DNA from: a virus
Lineage: Duplodnaviria > Heunggongvirae > Uroviricota > Caudoviricetes
Virus record (IMG/VR): IMGVR_UViG_2579778564_000015
Location: 28,913-92,912 of that record
Length of the DNA: 64,000 nucleotides
Direction: 5' to 3' (one strand)
Both the position numbers and the translations under genes were made by a program. Of this stretch, positions 1-9,219 are shown one piece after another; position 1 is the first letter of the stretch; each line of letters opens with the position of its first letter. The notes beneath the pieces were generated by a model. The model did no database searches. It had not been told where the DNA came from and saw nothing but the letters and a program-made list of their open reading frames with translations.

Positions 1-333
1 GAAAAGGTCATGAAGATTTATGAAAATTCACCTATGACCAAAGAAGATCTGGAGGACATCCTTAAACGTTTGACATAACTTATCATCTTTGCACCGCTCT
101 ACTTTCAAACTCCATCATGTGCTCGTTTTACACTTATGACGAGCACATGATGGAGAACTTATCAATATAAACCACTGAACAAATAACGACCAATACGCAG
201 CCATCATCGAGCACTTGCATGTGATCTATATCAAGTTTTTATTTACAAATACCTCCGGCTGAAAAAAGATCTTGATTGGCTACATTGTCTGGGTAGGCTT
301 ATACGAATTAAATGTTACCTAAACTCAAAGTAC

Positions 334-906
334 GTGCTAGAGGTTACAATGGGACATCTTCCACTTAATTCTGATTATTTAAGTGCAAAGGATATCAAAG
401 ATACAATTTATATATATTACAAATCAAAAAAATCTTGTTTAAGTAAACTGACCAACATCATCCCACGTGAGAAAGGCGATCATAAGCTAATTAGTTACAG
501 GTTACAGGCATCCAAAAAAGATGATTATGAGCATTATGTATATATAAAAGATATTATAGGTGACAGGACAAACTGCGGCATAATTTTCTACCCATATAAT
601 ATATCAACTCTTGCAAATCTCATGCATGAGTGTAATGGGGTCAGATTTGGCAAACTTGAGTTGCATTCTAATCTTGTTGGTTATCCAAGTGCCAAGAATA
701 TAATCATCAATGCAACTTCCATGTATGGATTTTCGTTTTTATTTGAATCCAGAGATTCGTTAAAGAATTTTTTAGAGCTGTATAACAAAAGTATAGTATC
801 TAAGCGGTTATATTTTAATGATATTTGTCGTGACATCAGAAGAAACGACTTGCTAGAAGACATATACGATAGATGTCATGCTATCAAACCTAACCATTGT
901 TCATAA
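334..906 (+). CDS. hypothetical protein (AT-rich accessory gene)
   Basis: 190-aa ORF in low-GC block; no recognisable motif. Confidence 0.4.
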   Translation: MLEVTMGHLPLNSDYLSAKDIKDTIYIYYKSKKSCLSKLTNIIPREKGDHKLISYRLQASKKDDYEHYVYIKDIIGDRTNCGIIFYPYNISTLANLMHECNGVRFGKLELHSNLVGYPSAKNIIINATSMYGFSFLFESRDSLKNFLELYNKSIVSKRLYFNDICRDIRRNDLLEDIYDRCHAIKPNHCS

Positions 907-927
907 ATATGATAAGGTACTAAAATC

Positions 928-1350
928 ATGGGCTATAAATTTTTTGTTATAGGTTTTATTTCCGTAACCATGCTCACAGCATGTTCCACGTCTTCAGTTC
1001 CAGCAACTGAGGCAAAATTCGCACCACAGAATAGAGTGCTTAAATACCAGATCCCGACAGAAACAACATTAACTATTGTGCGAGATAAAGGTTTAACTGG
1101 TTCTGGATGTAACGCTACTATATTCATAAATGGCGACATTGTTGCCAAGCTTAAAACAGGTGAAAAGGCAACTTTCTATCTCAGTGAAGGTGAGTGGGTT
1201 GTAGGTTCATCTTTGGAAAGTTCTGGTCTTTGCGCCTTAAACCCATCAAGGATGGAGCGAGAGGTAAAGTTGAATAATGGAGACACGAAAAAATATCGAG
1301 TATATACATCATGGGATGGTACAATGGATCTATTACCTACAACTTTATAA
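928..1350 (+). CDS. putative lipoprotein
   Basis: signal peptide with lipobox LTAC near N-terminus. Confidence 0.5.
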   Translation: MGYKFFVIGFISVTMLTACSTSSVPATEAKFAPQNRVLKYQIPTETTLTIVRDKGLTGSGCNATIFINGDIVAKLKTGEKATFYLSEGEWVVGSSLESSGLCALNPSRMEREVKLNNGDTKKYRVYTSWDGTMDLLPTTL

Positions 1351-1354
1351 ATTT

Positions 1355-1879
1355 ATGTCCACCACAGATATCACATACGGTATACCTGCAGAAGTCTGGC
1401 CTCGTGATTACTCCAGTATAGAGTTCAGTTTGCAATTTATGCGTGCAAAGGAAATTCCTGTAAGGGTCACGACAGATGACAGTCAGACGTTCTGTCTTTA
1501 TGTAAACGGTCTGCTTACTGCACGCAACAAGCTAGATCTTTCTCCAGTTGTTGGAAGTAAAGAGCATCGCGTCCGTCTCCCGCTAGAAAGAGTAAGCACT
1601 ATAGAGACAGTTACCACTAACGAAGTGGATAAGACGTTCACCGGTAGATTAACGATAAGTAACGAAGAGGAGAGCCACCGACCATCTCGCCGCGACTTCT
1701 TCAAAATTTGTCGTCAAGCTCATCATGAGCAAAAATCTATAAGAGTCTACATGGCTGACGGTCGTGAAATTGATGGGACTACACTTGGCGTCGATGCTTG
1801 CCAAGTGACAATTAGAATTGGCAAGCATCGACGAATGATTATTTTATTTGATTGGGTCGAACGTATTTTACCGATATAA
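1355..1879 (+). CDS. hypothetical protein
   Basis: ORF; internal ATG (M27 of track ORF) chosen to avoid overlap; weak RBS. Confidence 0.35.
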   Translation: MSTTDITYGIPAEVWPRDYSSIEFSLQFMRAKEIPVRVTTDDSQTFCLYVNGLLTARNKLDLSPVVGSKEHRVRLPLERVSTIETVTTNEVDKTFTGRLTISNEEESHRPSRRDFFKICRQAHHEQKSIRVYMADGREIDGTTLGVDACQVTIRIGKHRRMIILFDWVERILPI

Positions 1880-1882
1880 ACT

Positions 1883-2191
1883 ATGAAAGTTATTTTTCTA
1901 TCCTCTATGCTTTTTATTACTCCATATGCCGTTTCGGCGATGGACTATAAGCCGGTTATCCAGTCACTTATGAACGATGTTTGTTCATCGTCGGATAATG
2001 TGTCGATTTGCATGTACCAGTTCTCAGCAGGTGTTAAAGCAGGAAAAACAATTGGCGAGAATGTCGAACTATGTAAAAGTCTTTCGTCTGAAAATCGTAA
2101 ATTACTTGAATGTGACGATAGCGAGTCTTCGGCAGATTTTATCGACGCGCTTTTTGAGACTAATCGCAAATTGGTCGAACCTTCTCAATAA
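1883..2191 (+). CDS. small secreted protein
   Basis: signal-peptide-like N-terminus; terminator follows. Confidence 0.45.
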   Translation: MKVIFLSSMLFITPYAVSAMDYKPVIQSLMNDVCSSSDNVSICMYQFSAGVKAGKTIGENVELCKSLSSENRKLLECDDSESSADFIDALFETNRKLVEPSQ

Positions 2192-2203
2192 TCTATAAGG
2201 GTG

Positions 2204-2232
2204 ATAACCGGACACGTCCGGTTATTATTTTT
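2204..2232 (+). terminator. rho-independent terminator
   Basis: ataaccgga-cacg-tccggttat hairpin then TATTTTT. Confidence 0.6.
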
Positions 2233-2501
2233 CATCGCTACCTAGTAGCTATTTTCACAATTAGCATCCTCAACACAAATATATAAGGGCGATATGCCAA
2301 ATTGGGTATTTATTTAGGGAACACCTTCTTAAAAACTGTGTTTATTTCTAAGACATTGATTTTAAGATAATTAATTTTTTTCGATTACCTGACAAAAAAG
2401 ACTTGCAAAAAAAACCGTTATTCGATAATTACTCACATCGAAAGCAAACATGCTAACGATACAAAAAATTAATTTTTAATTTTCTCAAAAGGATACATAT
2501 C

Positions 2502-3152
2502 ATGTCTAACTTCCCCATCTCTAAAAAATCCATTATCGAGGCTGCTTTTGTTATTACAGAAGAATTAAAAGCCAAAGCAGATCTCGCGGTCCAGACTTAT
2601 AACGAACATTATAAAAATGGTACGCACACCAAAGCGGATAAAGCTAATATGATGGCGACGTCTACTAAGTTAGCATACTTTACTAACAATGTAGTAAACG
2701 CTGTCAATGATGATAAGTTATCGGGCGTTTTCTACTACGCGATTAAAGCAAGCAAACAAGCGCCAGAAGTATTTTTCCGCGAAGCTATGACTAACAGTTA
2801 CTCGCTTGAAAAATTGGTATATCTGGTTACATCTATCAAAGCTGGTAAATGTGTTTATTCCGTCGCTGATATGTCAGGGTCTCGTGTATTCGCATTAGTT
2901 GAAATGATTAATGATGAAATGGAAACGTTCACTAACGGCGCAGTATACGATCTAATGAATGAAGCAAAAAAAGAATGCGAAGTTAAGTTAGACGCTGGAT
3001 ACACTCAGGCAAACCAGTTAATTAATCTTTGTGAACGTCTTGGACTGGTAGAAAAAATTAAAGGTGTTGGAATAGCGAAAGCTGGTACACAACAATACCG
3101 CTTTATCAAGAATGATTTCTATAACTATCTTGCCGACGCGTTCAAAGCATAA
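2502..3152 (+). CDS. hypothetical protein
   Basis: 216-aa ORF, RBS-like AAAGGA upstream. Confidence 0.5.
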   Translation: MSNFPISKKSIIEAAFVITEELKAKADLAVQTYNEHYKNGTHTKADKANMMATSTKLAYFTNNVVNAVNDDKLSGVFYYAIKASKQAPEVFFREAMTNSYSLEKLVYLVTSIKAGKCVYSVADMSGSRVFALVEMINDEMETFTNGAVYDLMNEAKKECEVKLDAGYTQANQLINLCERLGLVEKIKGVGIAKAGTQQYRFIKNDFYNYLADAFKA

Positions 3153-3164
3153 GTAGACGGATTA

Positions 3165-3182
3165 GGCGCCCATTATGGGCGC
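3165..3182. repeat. GC hairpin GGCGCCCATTATGGGCGC (copy 1 of near-identical hairpin pair)
   Basis: perfect 6-bp GC stem; near-identical copy at 3411. Confidence 0.4.
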
Positions 3183-3201
3183 TAGTTTAAGGATAGAAGC
3201 C

Positions 3202-3405
3202 ATGACCAGCTATGACCAGATCCGCGAAGAGTATCGCGCAAAGTATCGCGCTTATAAACTGGAATTAATCGACGATCTAAAAGCGCAACGCGATAAACTC
3301 AATTTTACTTTTACTGATTTGCTTAACAGCAAACGAGACTGTAAACGAAAGAGAGAATATTTGCGCTTGTCCGAACTAATCGGGAAACTACAAAACAGCA
3401 TTTAA
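3202..3405 (+). CDS. small hypothetical protein (67 aa)
   Basis: AAGGA RBS 8 nt upstream of ATG 3202; flanked by twin hairpins. Confidence 0.3.
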   Translation: MTSYDQIREEYRAKYRAYKLELIDDLKAQRDKLNFTFTDLLNSKRDCKRKREYLRLSELIGKLQNSI

Positions 3406-3410
3406 CCACT

Positions 3411-3437
3411 GGCGCCCACTATGGGCGCCTTTTTTCG
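3411..3437 (+). terminator. rho-independent terminator
   Basis: GGCGCCCACTATGGGCGCC hairpin then TTTTTTC. Confidence 0.55.
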
Positions 3438-3456
3438 TTTTCAATACTCACACCAT

Positions 3457-3486
3457 AACGCGCCATTGTTGGCGCGTTATCTTTTA
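3457..3486 (+). terminator. terminator-like hairpin
   Basis: AACGCGCCA-ttgt-TGGCGCGTT then ATCTTTT. Confidence 0.4.
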
Positions 3487-3882
3487 TCTGGCGCACACTC
3501 ATTCACACCAAAAATAATCGCCATAAACGCGTTACCCTCGCTAGTTTTCACATACAGCTATACATACCCATAGCCAACATATAAAAACGCTTAAAATGCG
3601 AGGCCCGCAGCGGTTGTAATGGTGCTGTTTTGTTGTGTCGTTGGCGTGCTAATCTGGCGACGCGTTCACGCCATCCTTCGGGACGTGGCGGCAATAATGG
3701 CGTTATACGTTGGCGCTCGCGTATCATTATCACGTTGGCGCAACGTGTACGCGCTAACAGTGGTTAACTTACACATAGCAGATCGTAGCGCTGGGCGTAT
3801 GCGCAAAAACAGCTCACGTCCACCGGTTGGTGACAATTGTTCGCCTCCCTCTATACAAATTTTTCCCATGAGGCGACCCCAC

Positions 3883-3911
3883 CCGTTTCCCGAAAATTTT
3901 CTGGCCGTTTC
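3883..3911. repeat. 29-bp direct repeat copy 1 (CCGTTTCCCGAAAATTTTCTGGCCGTTTC)
   Basis: exact copy at 6878; contains palindrome GAAAATTTTC. Confidence 0.6.
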
Positions 3912-4005
3912 TGTTGGATTGTTCGAATGTAATCTGGCCGTTCCTGAAGTTCCCCTGCGGCAGTTGATTGAAGAAAAGAGAGGGGCGCTTCCAGCCCCTC
4001 CCCTC

Positions 4006-4488
4006 TTATCTGCCAGTCAGGATATGAATGCGGTTCTTCCAGTACACCTCTTTCACGTATTCCCCGCACGAGACACTCCACGAGTCGATTCCTGCTTCGT
4101 AGGTAACGTTTTTGCACTTGATGGCGTTGTTGGCAATGCGCATCCCCTCCCCCACAGCTTCCTGTTCGGTAAAGTTGAATCCGGATTCCGTTTTAACCCA
4201 TAAAGCGATCTGAGTGGCGAAATCGATGAGTTTAGACTGGCAGAAGCGACCGCTGCGTACCGGGAAGATGAATACGCCAAATCCCGAAGTGGAGACATAC
4301 GCTTTCTCAAATACGCGCTTATGGCGACGGTTGCAGATAATGTCATTGGTGATCTGCTGTTTCTCTTTCCCAGACAGCTCGATGGTTACATTGTCACGCC
4401 AGGCGCCAATGACTGTCTTGTCTATATCTGAGAAAGTCACAAAAATAGAGCCATGAACCGGGGTGTTTACGGTAGCGATAAAATTCAT
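4006..4488 (-). CDS. hypothetical protein
   Basis: ORF; AGAGGA RBS; motif A immediately upstream. Confidence 0.5.
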   Translation of the reverse strand: MNFIATVNTPVHGSIFVTFSDIDKTVIGAWRDNVTIELSGKEKQQITNDIICNRRHKRVFEKAYVSTSGFGVFIFPVRSGRFCQSKLIDFATQIALWVKTESGFNFTEQEAVGEGMRIANNAIKCKNVTYEAGIDSWSVSCGEYVKEVYWKNRIHILTGR

Positions 4489-4500
4489 GGTGATAATCCT

Positions 4501-4537
4501 CTAAACAATTTGTTTTCTTATTGGTGATAATTATCGC
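4501..4537 (-). promoter_or_regulatory. upstream motif A copy
   Basis: ctaaacaatttgttttcttattggtgataattatcgc. Confidence 0.45.
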
Positions 4538-4603
4538 TATGTGTGTGAGGCATCAAAACGTTTTGTTACGGCAGATTATGGCCTGCGGTTGACTGGATAG
4601 TTC

Positions 4604-4634
4604 GGTAGCCTGGCGGTAAGAGGTGGGTGCTTTT
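4604..4634. repeat. GGTAGCCTG..GGTAAGAGGTGGGT repeat copy 1
   Basis: similar copy at 7624. Confidence 0.4.
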
Positions 4635-4690
4635 AGCCTACGGGAAAGAGGATGGTTGTTTAAGGCCACCAGCATGGGTGGCCCCTTCTC

Positions 4691-4972
4691 TTAATGCAGC
4701 AATGCGATGTCGATTGAGTCGCCTGAGTCAGTAACGCGGATCATCAGCATAGCAAAGGCATTTAACGGATAGCCTGCGTGCCATTCAGGGAAACGATCGT
4801 CTCGCATGAAATCAGCAATGTCATACACGCTGTCCTGATAATGAAAGAAGCGAGTGTCGGTCTGCCCATCGAAATCGACGTGATCCATTTCCTGCTGCTC
4901 TTCCGGCGACAGGTCAAGCCAGGATTCCAGCCATACGTTTTCAGCTTTCGGGGTGATGGTGAAATCCGTCAT
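4691..4972 (-). CDS. hypothetical protein
   Basis: ORF, GGAG RBS; ATGA overlap with downstream gene. Confidence 0.5.
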   Translation of the reverse strand: MTDFTITPKAENVWLESWLDLSPEEQQEMDHVDFDGQTDTRFFHYQDSVYDIADFMRDDRFPEWHAGYPLNAFAMLMIRVTDSGDSIDIALLH

Positions 4973-5202
4973 GACTTATCTCCAATTACGCTTTCATACA
5001 GCTCATTCCAGCACCATTCATCTTCCGGGTGTTTAACAGTAAAATCTTCACTTGTGATGTTTAGCGCAATCTCCAGCTCAGCGGCGATATATGAAACAGG
5101 TTCTGAGAAGCCATCATTCTCAAAACAAGCGATCATATGGTCATTCAGAAAAACAGCTTCAGCACCACCATCAGTTTGTATAAAAACCAGTTTATTAACC
5201 AT
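4969..5202 (-). CDS. hypothetical protein
   Basis: start moved to M40 of track ORF (GAGGA RBS 7 nt upstream). Confidence 0.45.
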   Translation of the reverse strand: MVNKLVFIQTDGGAEAVFLNDHMIACFENDGFSEPVSYIAAELEIALNITSEDFTVKHPEDEWCWNELYESVIGDKS

Positions 5203-5220
5203 GTGCATATCCTCAATGCG

Positions 5221-5290
5221 TAAACATCTTGTTTTCTTGTTGGTGTAATTATCGCAATGCGGATAAGGTAAAAACATTTTGTTATCGGGG
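5221..5290 (-). promoter_or_regulatory. upstream motif A copy (with distal element)
   Basis: taaacatcttgttttcttgttggtgtaattatcgc...ggtaaaaacattttgttatcgggg. Confidence 0.45.
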
Positions 5291-5327
5291 ATAAGAAAGT
5301 GGCGCGGGATACGCGCCACTTGAGGGA

Positions 5328-5723
5328 TTAAGCGAATACGCTTTCAGGCAGCTCCTCACTAACGAGCACGCCTGACGCAATTCGTAATCCGTATTGCCCT
5401 AACCATGTATTGCCTTGATTAAGACTGGATTTGAATACTTCATTAGATTTTGCCATGTATTTCTCAAACATGCCTTTATCAACGTTACGGAAATAGGTTT
5501 CAAGTTTGAGCAAAATCGGGTCAGATGCATCGCTTATAGTCTGTAACCCAACCGCATATGTGGCGTTCTTCTCATCGCCTGTACGGGTTAGCGTACTGAT
5601 ATGCACCTCGATGCCGGTTGAAGCATCTTTCACGACTACGGTAATACGAGCGACATTAGCGTCTCCCGCTTTGCCGGAGGCATAAAACAAATCCATTGTC
5701 AGATTTTCACGCAAAATACTCAT
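5328..5723 (-). CDS. hypothetical protein
   Basis: ORF; ATG at M3 of track ORF. Confidence 0.5.
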   Translation of the reverse strand: MSILRENLTMDLFYASGKAGDANVARITVVVKDASTGIEVHISTLTRTGDEKNATYAVGLQTISDASDPILLKLETYFRNVDKGMFEKYMAKSNEVFKSSLNQGNTWLGQYGLRIASGVLVSEELPESVFA

Positions 5724-5762
5724 AATCAACTCCCTGTTATTGGTCGATGTAATGTTATTATC

Positions 5763-5783
5763 ATAAGTAAGTGCTTACAATAC
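5763..5783 (-). promoter_or_regulatory. upstream motif B copy
   Basis: ataagtaagtgcttacaatac. Confidence 0.35.
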
Positions 5784-5810
5784 AAAAAACCCCGAAGGAT
5801 CGACGGGGCT
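5784..5810 (-). terminator. rho-independent terminator (minus strand)
   Basis: CCCCG..CGGGG stem with T6 run on minus strand. Confidence 0.45.
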
Positions 5811-5843
5811 GTCGTAAATTCGACTAATCGGTGTTGCACATGA

Positions 5844-6155
5844 CTATGCTATGGCGAGGGTTGTTGCGCGTTGAATTTCCTGCTGGGCGACCTTGTTAAC
5901 TTCCAGTAAAGCCAACTCCAGATCTGACTCAGGCCAGATAACTTGTTTAGCCACCCAGCCTTTCCCACTATGGCGCCGGACGTTCATTACGATGCGCTTG
6001 CGAGAAGTTTCGCCGAAGACGACAACGGTCTCTTTGAAAAGTCGGATGGCTGTGCCGTTGGCCATAATGTCCAGTAAAGTGATCGAACCGATTACTGCAG
6101 GTTTGTCTTTGCGAGGCTGGAGTTTATCCAGCTTCAAAATCATCTCGGTATTCAT
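5844..6155 (-). CDS. hypothetical protein
   Basis: start at M29 of track ORF, GGAG RBS 8 nt upstream. Confidence 0.5.
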   Translation of the reverse strand: MNTEMILKLDKLQPRKDKPAVIGSITLLDIMANGTAIRLFKETVVVFGETSRKRIVMNVRRHSGKGWVAKQVIWPESDLELALLEVNKVAQQEIQRATTLAIA

Positions 6156-6165
6156 TACACACTCC

Positions 6166-6202
6166 GTAAACAACTTGTTTTCTTGTTGGTGTAAATAATA
6201 CC
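6166..6202 (-). promoter_or_regulatory. upstream motif A copy
   Basis: gtaaacaacttgttttcttgttggtgtaaataatacc. Confidence 0.45.
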
Positions 6203-6293
6203 AGTGTGAAAACGGCCACCAAACGAAGCGTTCCGGCATTCAGCTGACCGCAGGCCACAATCACTCAAAAGCCACCAGCAGGTGGCCTATCTC

Positions 6294-6512
6294 TTAACAT
6301 TCTTCGTCAGGGAATTCCTCTTTTATTGCGACCACCAACTCGCGTTTCTCTTCTTCCGTAAGCAGGTGCCAGATATCCTTCCCTTTGGGTGATTCCCCTT
6401 CTGCAGGGACGAACGACCACAGCTTGCGATACAGTTCCGGCCCTACAGCATCCAGACATTCAGCGAGAGAGTCGACGCTCCAGACTTCCACAATCACGGG
6501 CAGATCCATCAT
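6294..6512 (-). CDS. hypothetical acidic protein
   Basis: 72-aa ORF; motif A upstream. Confidence 0.5.
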   Translation of the reverse strand: MMDLPVIVEVWSVDSLAECLDAVGPELYRKLWSFVPAEGESPKGKDIWHLLTEEEKRELVVAIKEEFPDEEC

Positions 6513-6523
6513 TTATCCTTTTT

Positions 6524-6595
6524 CTAAACATGTTGTTTTCTTGATGGAGTTATTATCGCAATAACAAACAGGTAAAAAAGAATTTTGTGTCGGGG
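6524..6595 (-). promoter_or_regulatory. upstream motif A copy (with distal element)
   Basis: ctaaacatgttgttttcttgatggagttattatcgc...ggtaaaaaagaattttgtgtcgggg. Confidence 0.45.
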
Positions 6596-6877
6596 AAAAG
6601 AGGTTTTAGAGCGAACAGTTAAGTTCACCACGGGACTAACTTTTTACATTATTCCGTTTATCACACCCCGCAGACCATTGCGCAGAATATTCTTCTCCCC
6701 GAAAACCTACTGAAATAACTTGAGACCAGAAGATGGTCTGGCAGAATAGAGTTCAGCATCTGCACGCAGCGGGGAAGAAACCAACCGCAACCCAACGGTG
6801 TACCGCCATACAATCAGCCGTCCCAGCGGCATTTTATCTCTATACCGACACACACCCTTTCCATGACGGGAACCCAG

Positions 6878-6906
6878 CCGTTTCCCGAAAATTTTCTGGC
6901 CGTTTC
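6878..6906. repeat. 29-bp direct repeat copy 2
   Basis: exact match to 3883..3911. Confidence 0.6.
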
Positions 6907-7199
6907 CAGTCAGGCAGCCAGCCTTTCGCCTTCTGGACACCATCGTTGATTCTCGCGGTGGTTCTATCACTCGTCCGACCGAAGGGATGTTAAGGGTATG
7001 GATACTATGGGTTGAATAAATGCGGAGAAAGTAGCGATCCCCCTCCTACCCCTCTCACTTATATATCTCTCTCGAAAAGCTCTTATCGACAGTTATATCT
7101 CTACTGTTTTTCTCTCCTGTGGAGGTGCAAATCTTCCTTCTGATAACGCTCCATAGGGAGACTATTTCGGTGTGTGAAATGGGTGGTTTACTCTCTCTG

Positions 7200-7680
7200 C
7201 CGGCGTATGTATTTTCGTTCTTCTTGAGATGGTTCTTCTCTGTATTTTCGTCCTGGTGGTTATCTTCGTTTTGCTGAGTTTTCTTCTCCGAGTATGGAGT
7301 AATGGCAGGTGCAATTTTCTCTTCGTTTACGTGAGTTGATGGAAGTGTGGGTAATGGCAGTGGGTGCTTTTCTTGTTTTCGTATATGGAGTAATGGCGTT
7401 CCCTGTTTTCAGGAGTTTGCGCTCTTCCTTAATAATGGTGGGTCAGCGAGATAGCGAAGGTTCCTGTTCTGGTCTGGGTTTATCCGGGTATTTCGTTCCG
7501 ACTTTTATTCTCCGTGTATTAGACAATGGCGTGTAGGGGTTTACGTGTGCGAGCTGCGCTTTCTGTTGCCTGGGAGGGTTAGGTGGGTGGTCGGTAGCCT
7601 TGATGGAAGAGGTTGGTATTTTAGGTAGCCTGACAATAAGAGGTGGGTCTTTGCGGGATTGTGGGTAATGGCGTTTCTTG
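7200..7680. repeat. degenerate direct-repeat array (units ending GGAGTAATGGC)
   Basis: G(G/A)GTAATGGC at 7296,7349,7387,7663; T/G-rich spacers. Confidence 0.4.
7624..7653. repeat. GGTAGCCTG..TAAGAGGTGGGT repeat copy 2
   Basis: matches 4604..4634. Confidence 0.4.
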
Positions 7681-7690
7681 ATTTCCCGTA

Positions 7691-7737
7691 GGTGTAATTA
7701 ATTTATTTTCTTATGCCTGAAAACAAGTTGTTTAAAC
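7691..7737 (-). promoter_or_regulatory. motif A-like copy (rearranged), no obvious gene
   Basis: ggtgtaattaatttattttcttatgcctgaaaacaagttgtttaaac. Confidence 0.3.
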
Positions 7738-7928
7738 ACTGAATATAAAGCAACGAGAGCGCTTCTGAGCGTGTCTTTTTTTGGGTGGTATCATGAGTCG
7801 TTTTAGATGTAAACGTCGCAGGGAAGTGGCTCCTGTCGCTCAGGATTCATGGTATAAGAGATGGCTTGTGCAAACGTCAACTTTTTAGACCAAACCAGTA
7901 GAAAGCATTGACTTTTCATTGATGTGTT

Positions 7929-7959
7929 ATTCATTTGTTTTCTTGGTGGTGTTATTAGC
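7929..7959 (-). promoter_or_regulatory. upstream motif A copy
   Basis: attcatttgttttcttggtggtgttattagc; only a 38-aa ORF downstream. Confidence 0.35.
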
Positions 7960-8070
7960 TTAAATGTCTTGCCACGCCTGGCTTGAGTCGTATTAAGAGT
8001 AGGGGAGAGTGGCGATCAACAAACTCTTATAGAAATCATCAAACTGTGACCGCCAATATCAACGATGTGA

Positions 8071-8256
8071 CTAAATCAGATTATCAAGCTCGTCGTTAAT
8101 TTGTTCTTTGAGTGACTGATCGTTAACACCCCAGGCACTAATTTTTTGTCGCAATTCTGGCGTTAGTTGCATGAAGATATCGTGGATAGTTTTAGGGGTA
8201 GGAACTACCCCTCTCATCTCGATACACTGATATAGGTAAGAATCCTTATTAAACAT
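8071..8256 (-). CDS. hypothetical protein
   Basis: 61-aa ORF. Confidence 0.4.
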   Translation of the reverse strand: MFNKDSYLYQCIEMRGVVPTPKTIHDIFMQLTPELRQKISAWGVNDQSLKEQINDELDNLI

Positions 8257-8297
8257 GGTTGTCTGCTCTCAATATGAAAAGCATATTTTAACACAGG

Positions 8298-8615
8298 TCA
8301 CCAGTCCCATGAGGCGAGTCCATCCACCAGCTCGGCGTCGCGATCAAAGTGTACCGAATCATACCCAGCATCAAGTATGGTTTGAATATTGGCGATCGTA
8401 TCTTCCGAGATGCCTAACTCATTCAGCTCTTCTTTCCAGTCGTTTCCCCGCATTCCTGCTCGGACTATCCATCCGTATTCTGTGCCGTGTACCCAATTCA
8501 GTCCGCGATCAGTGAGTGGGTCAAAGCAAACGACAGGCAAAAGTTCGGAGTCTTTGACCGTAACGTGGGCGGTACTAATCACAGCGGTCTTATAGGATTC
8601 GGTGATTTTCAGCAT
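8298..8615 (-). CDS. hypothetical protein
   Basis: 105-aa ORF; overlaps next gene by 7 nt. Confidence 0.45.
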   Translation of the reverse strand: MLKITESYKTAVISTAHVTVKDSELLPVVCFDPLTDRGLNWVHGTEYGWIVRAGMRGNDWKEELNELGISEDTIANIQTILDAGYDSVHFDRDAELVDGLASWDW

Positions 8616-8851
8616 GGCACCTTCACCTTCGGAAACAGTGTGTCTGCCGTATCAGAAATGACATCCCAATTTACGCCTACGTTAGCTTCATGGCAGTGTT
8701 TAATTTTGCGCATCACCTTAATACACTGTTCGTCTGTCAGATCTGGGCGCCCTTGAGCAACGTCTTCCTTTTGCCACATAACCATCAGCAACGGCTCATC
8801 TTCTGGGTATTTATCCAGTCTCTCGATAATCACTTTTGCTGTTCCAAACAT
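8609..8851 (-). CDS. hypothetical protein
   Basis: 80-aa ORF; motif A upstream. Confidence 0.5.
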   Translation of the reverse strand: MFGTAKVIIERLDKYPEDEPLLMVMWQKEDVAQGRPDLTDEQCIKVMRKIKHCHEANVGVNWDVISDTADTLFPKVKVPC

Positions 8852-8861
8852 CGAAATCTCC

Positions 8862-8933
8862 TAAACAACTTATTTTCTTATGTGCTTTATTATCTAAAAC
8901 AACAAAAGGTAGAAAACAAAATGTTTACGGTGT
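8862..8933 (-). promoter_or_regulatory. upstream motif A copy (with distal element)
   Basis: ctaaacaacttattttcttatgtgctttattatc...ggtagaaaacaaaatgtttacgg. Confidence 0.45.
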
Positions 8934-8985
8934 TGCGTTAATGTGAGGTATGAAGTGATTACAAGAAATATGCCCAGCAGATTTT

Positions 8986-9219
8986 TTACTTTATCCTGGT
9001 TACGCGGATCATGTATTGAACCACTTCACCTTCAATGACCACCATCACCTGTTTCAGTGCTACGTGCATACCTTTGCGCACTGCTGCTGATTTGATACTG
9101 GCCTGCTCGCGAGCGTACTCTCCATCGTTATATGGAGCTAACAGAATGGAATCACCGACCTCTAAGGAGGCAATAGCCTCGGTTCGCGGCAACAGGTTTT
9201 TAAATTTTGTTTTTTTCAT
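8986..9219 (-). CDS. hypothetical protein
   Basis: 77-aa ORF overlapping upstream RHH gene by 20 nt. Confidence 0.4.
   Translation of the reverse strand: MKKTKFKNLLPRTEAIASLEVGDSILLAPYNDGEYAREQASIKSAAVRKGMHVALKQVMVVIEGEVVQYMIRVTRIK

Noticed and set aside
3548-4488. Track ORFs 3548..3733, 3619..4203, 3666..3869, 3851..4117, 4053..4346 and 4214..4456 in the GC-rich repeat region
   Set aside because: They overlap each other, the repeats and the 4006..4488 gene. They lack an RBS and their composition looks like translated repeats. Treated as noncoding.
3883-6906. Sigma54 promoter (TGGC..TTGC) within the 29-bp repeat
   Set aside because: The GG/GC spacing and the -12 element do not fit the consensus.
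6707-7536. ORFs 6707..6970, 6733..6993 and 7309..7536
   Set aside because: They sit in the repeat-rich noncoding block, with antisense overlap and no RBS.
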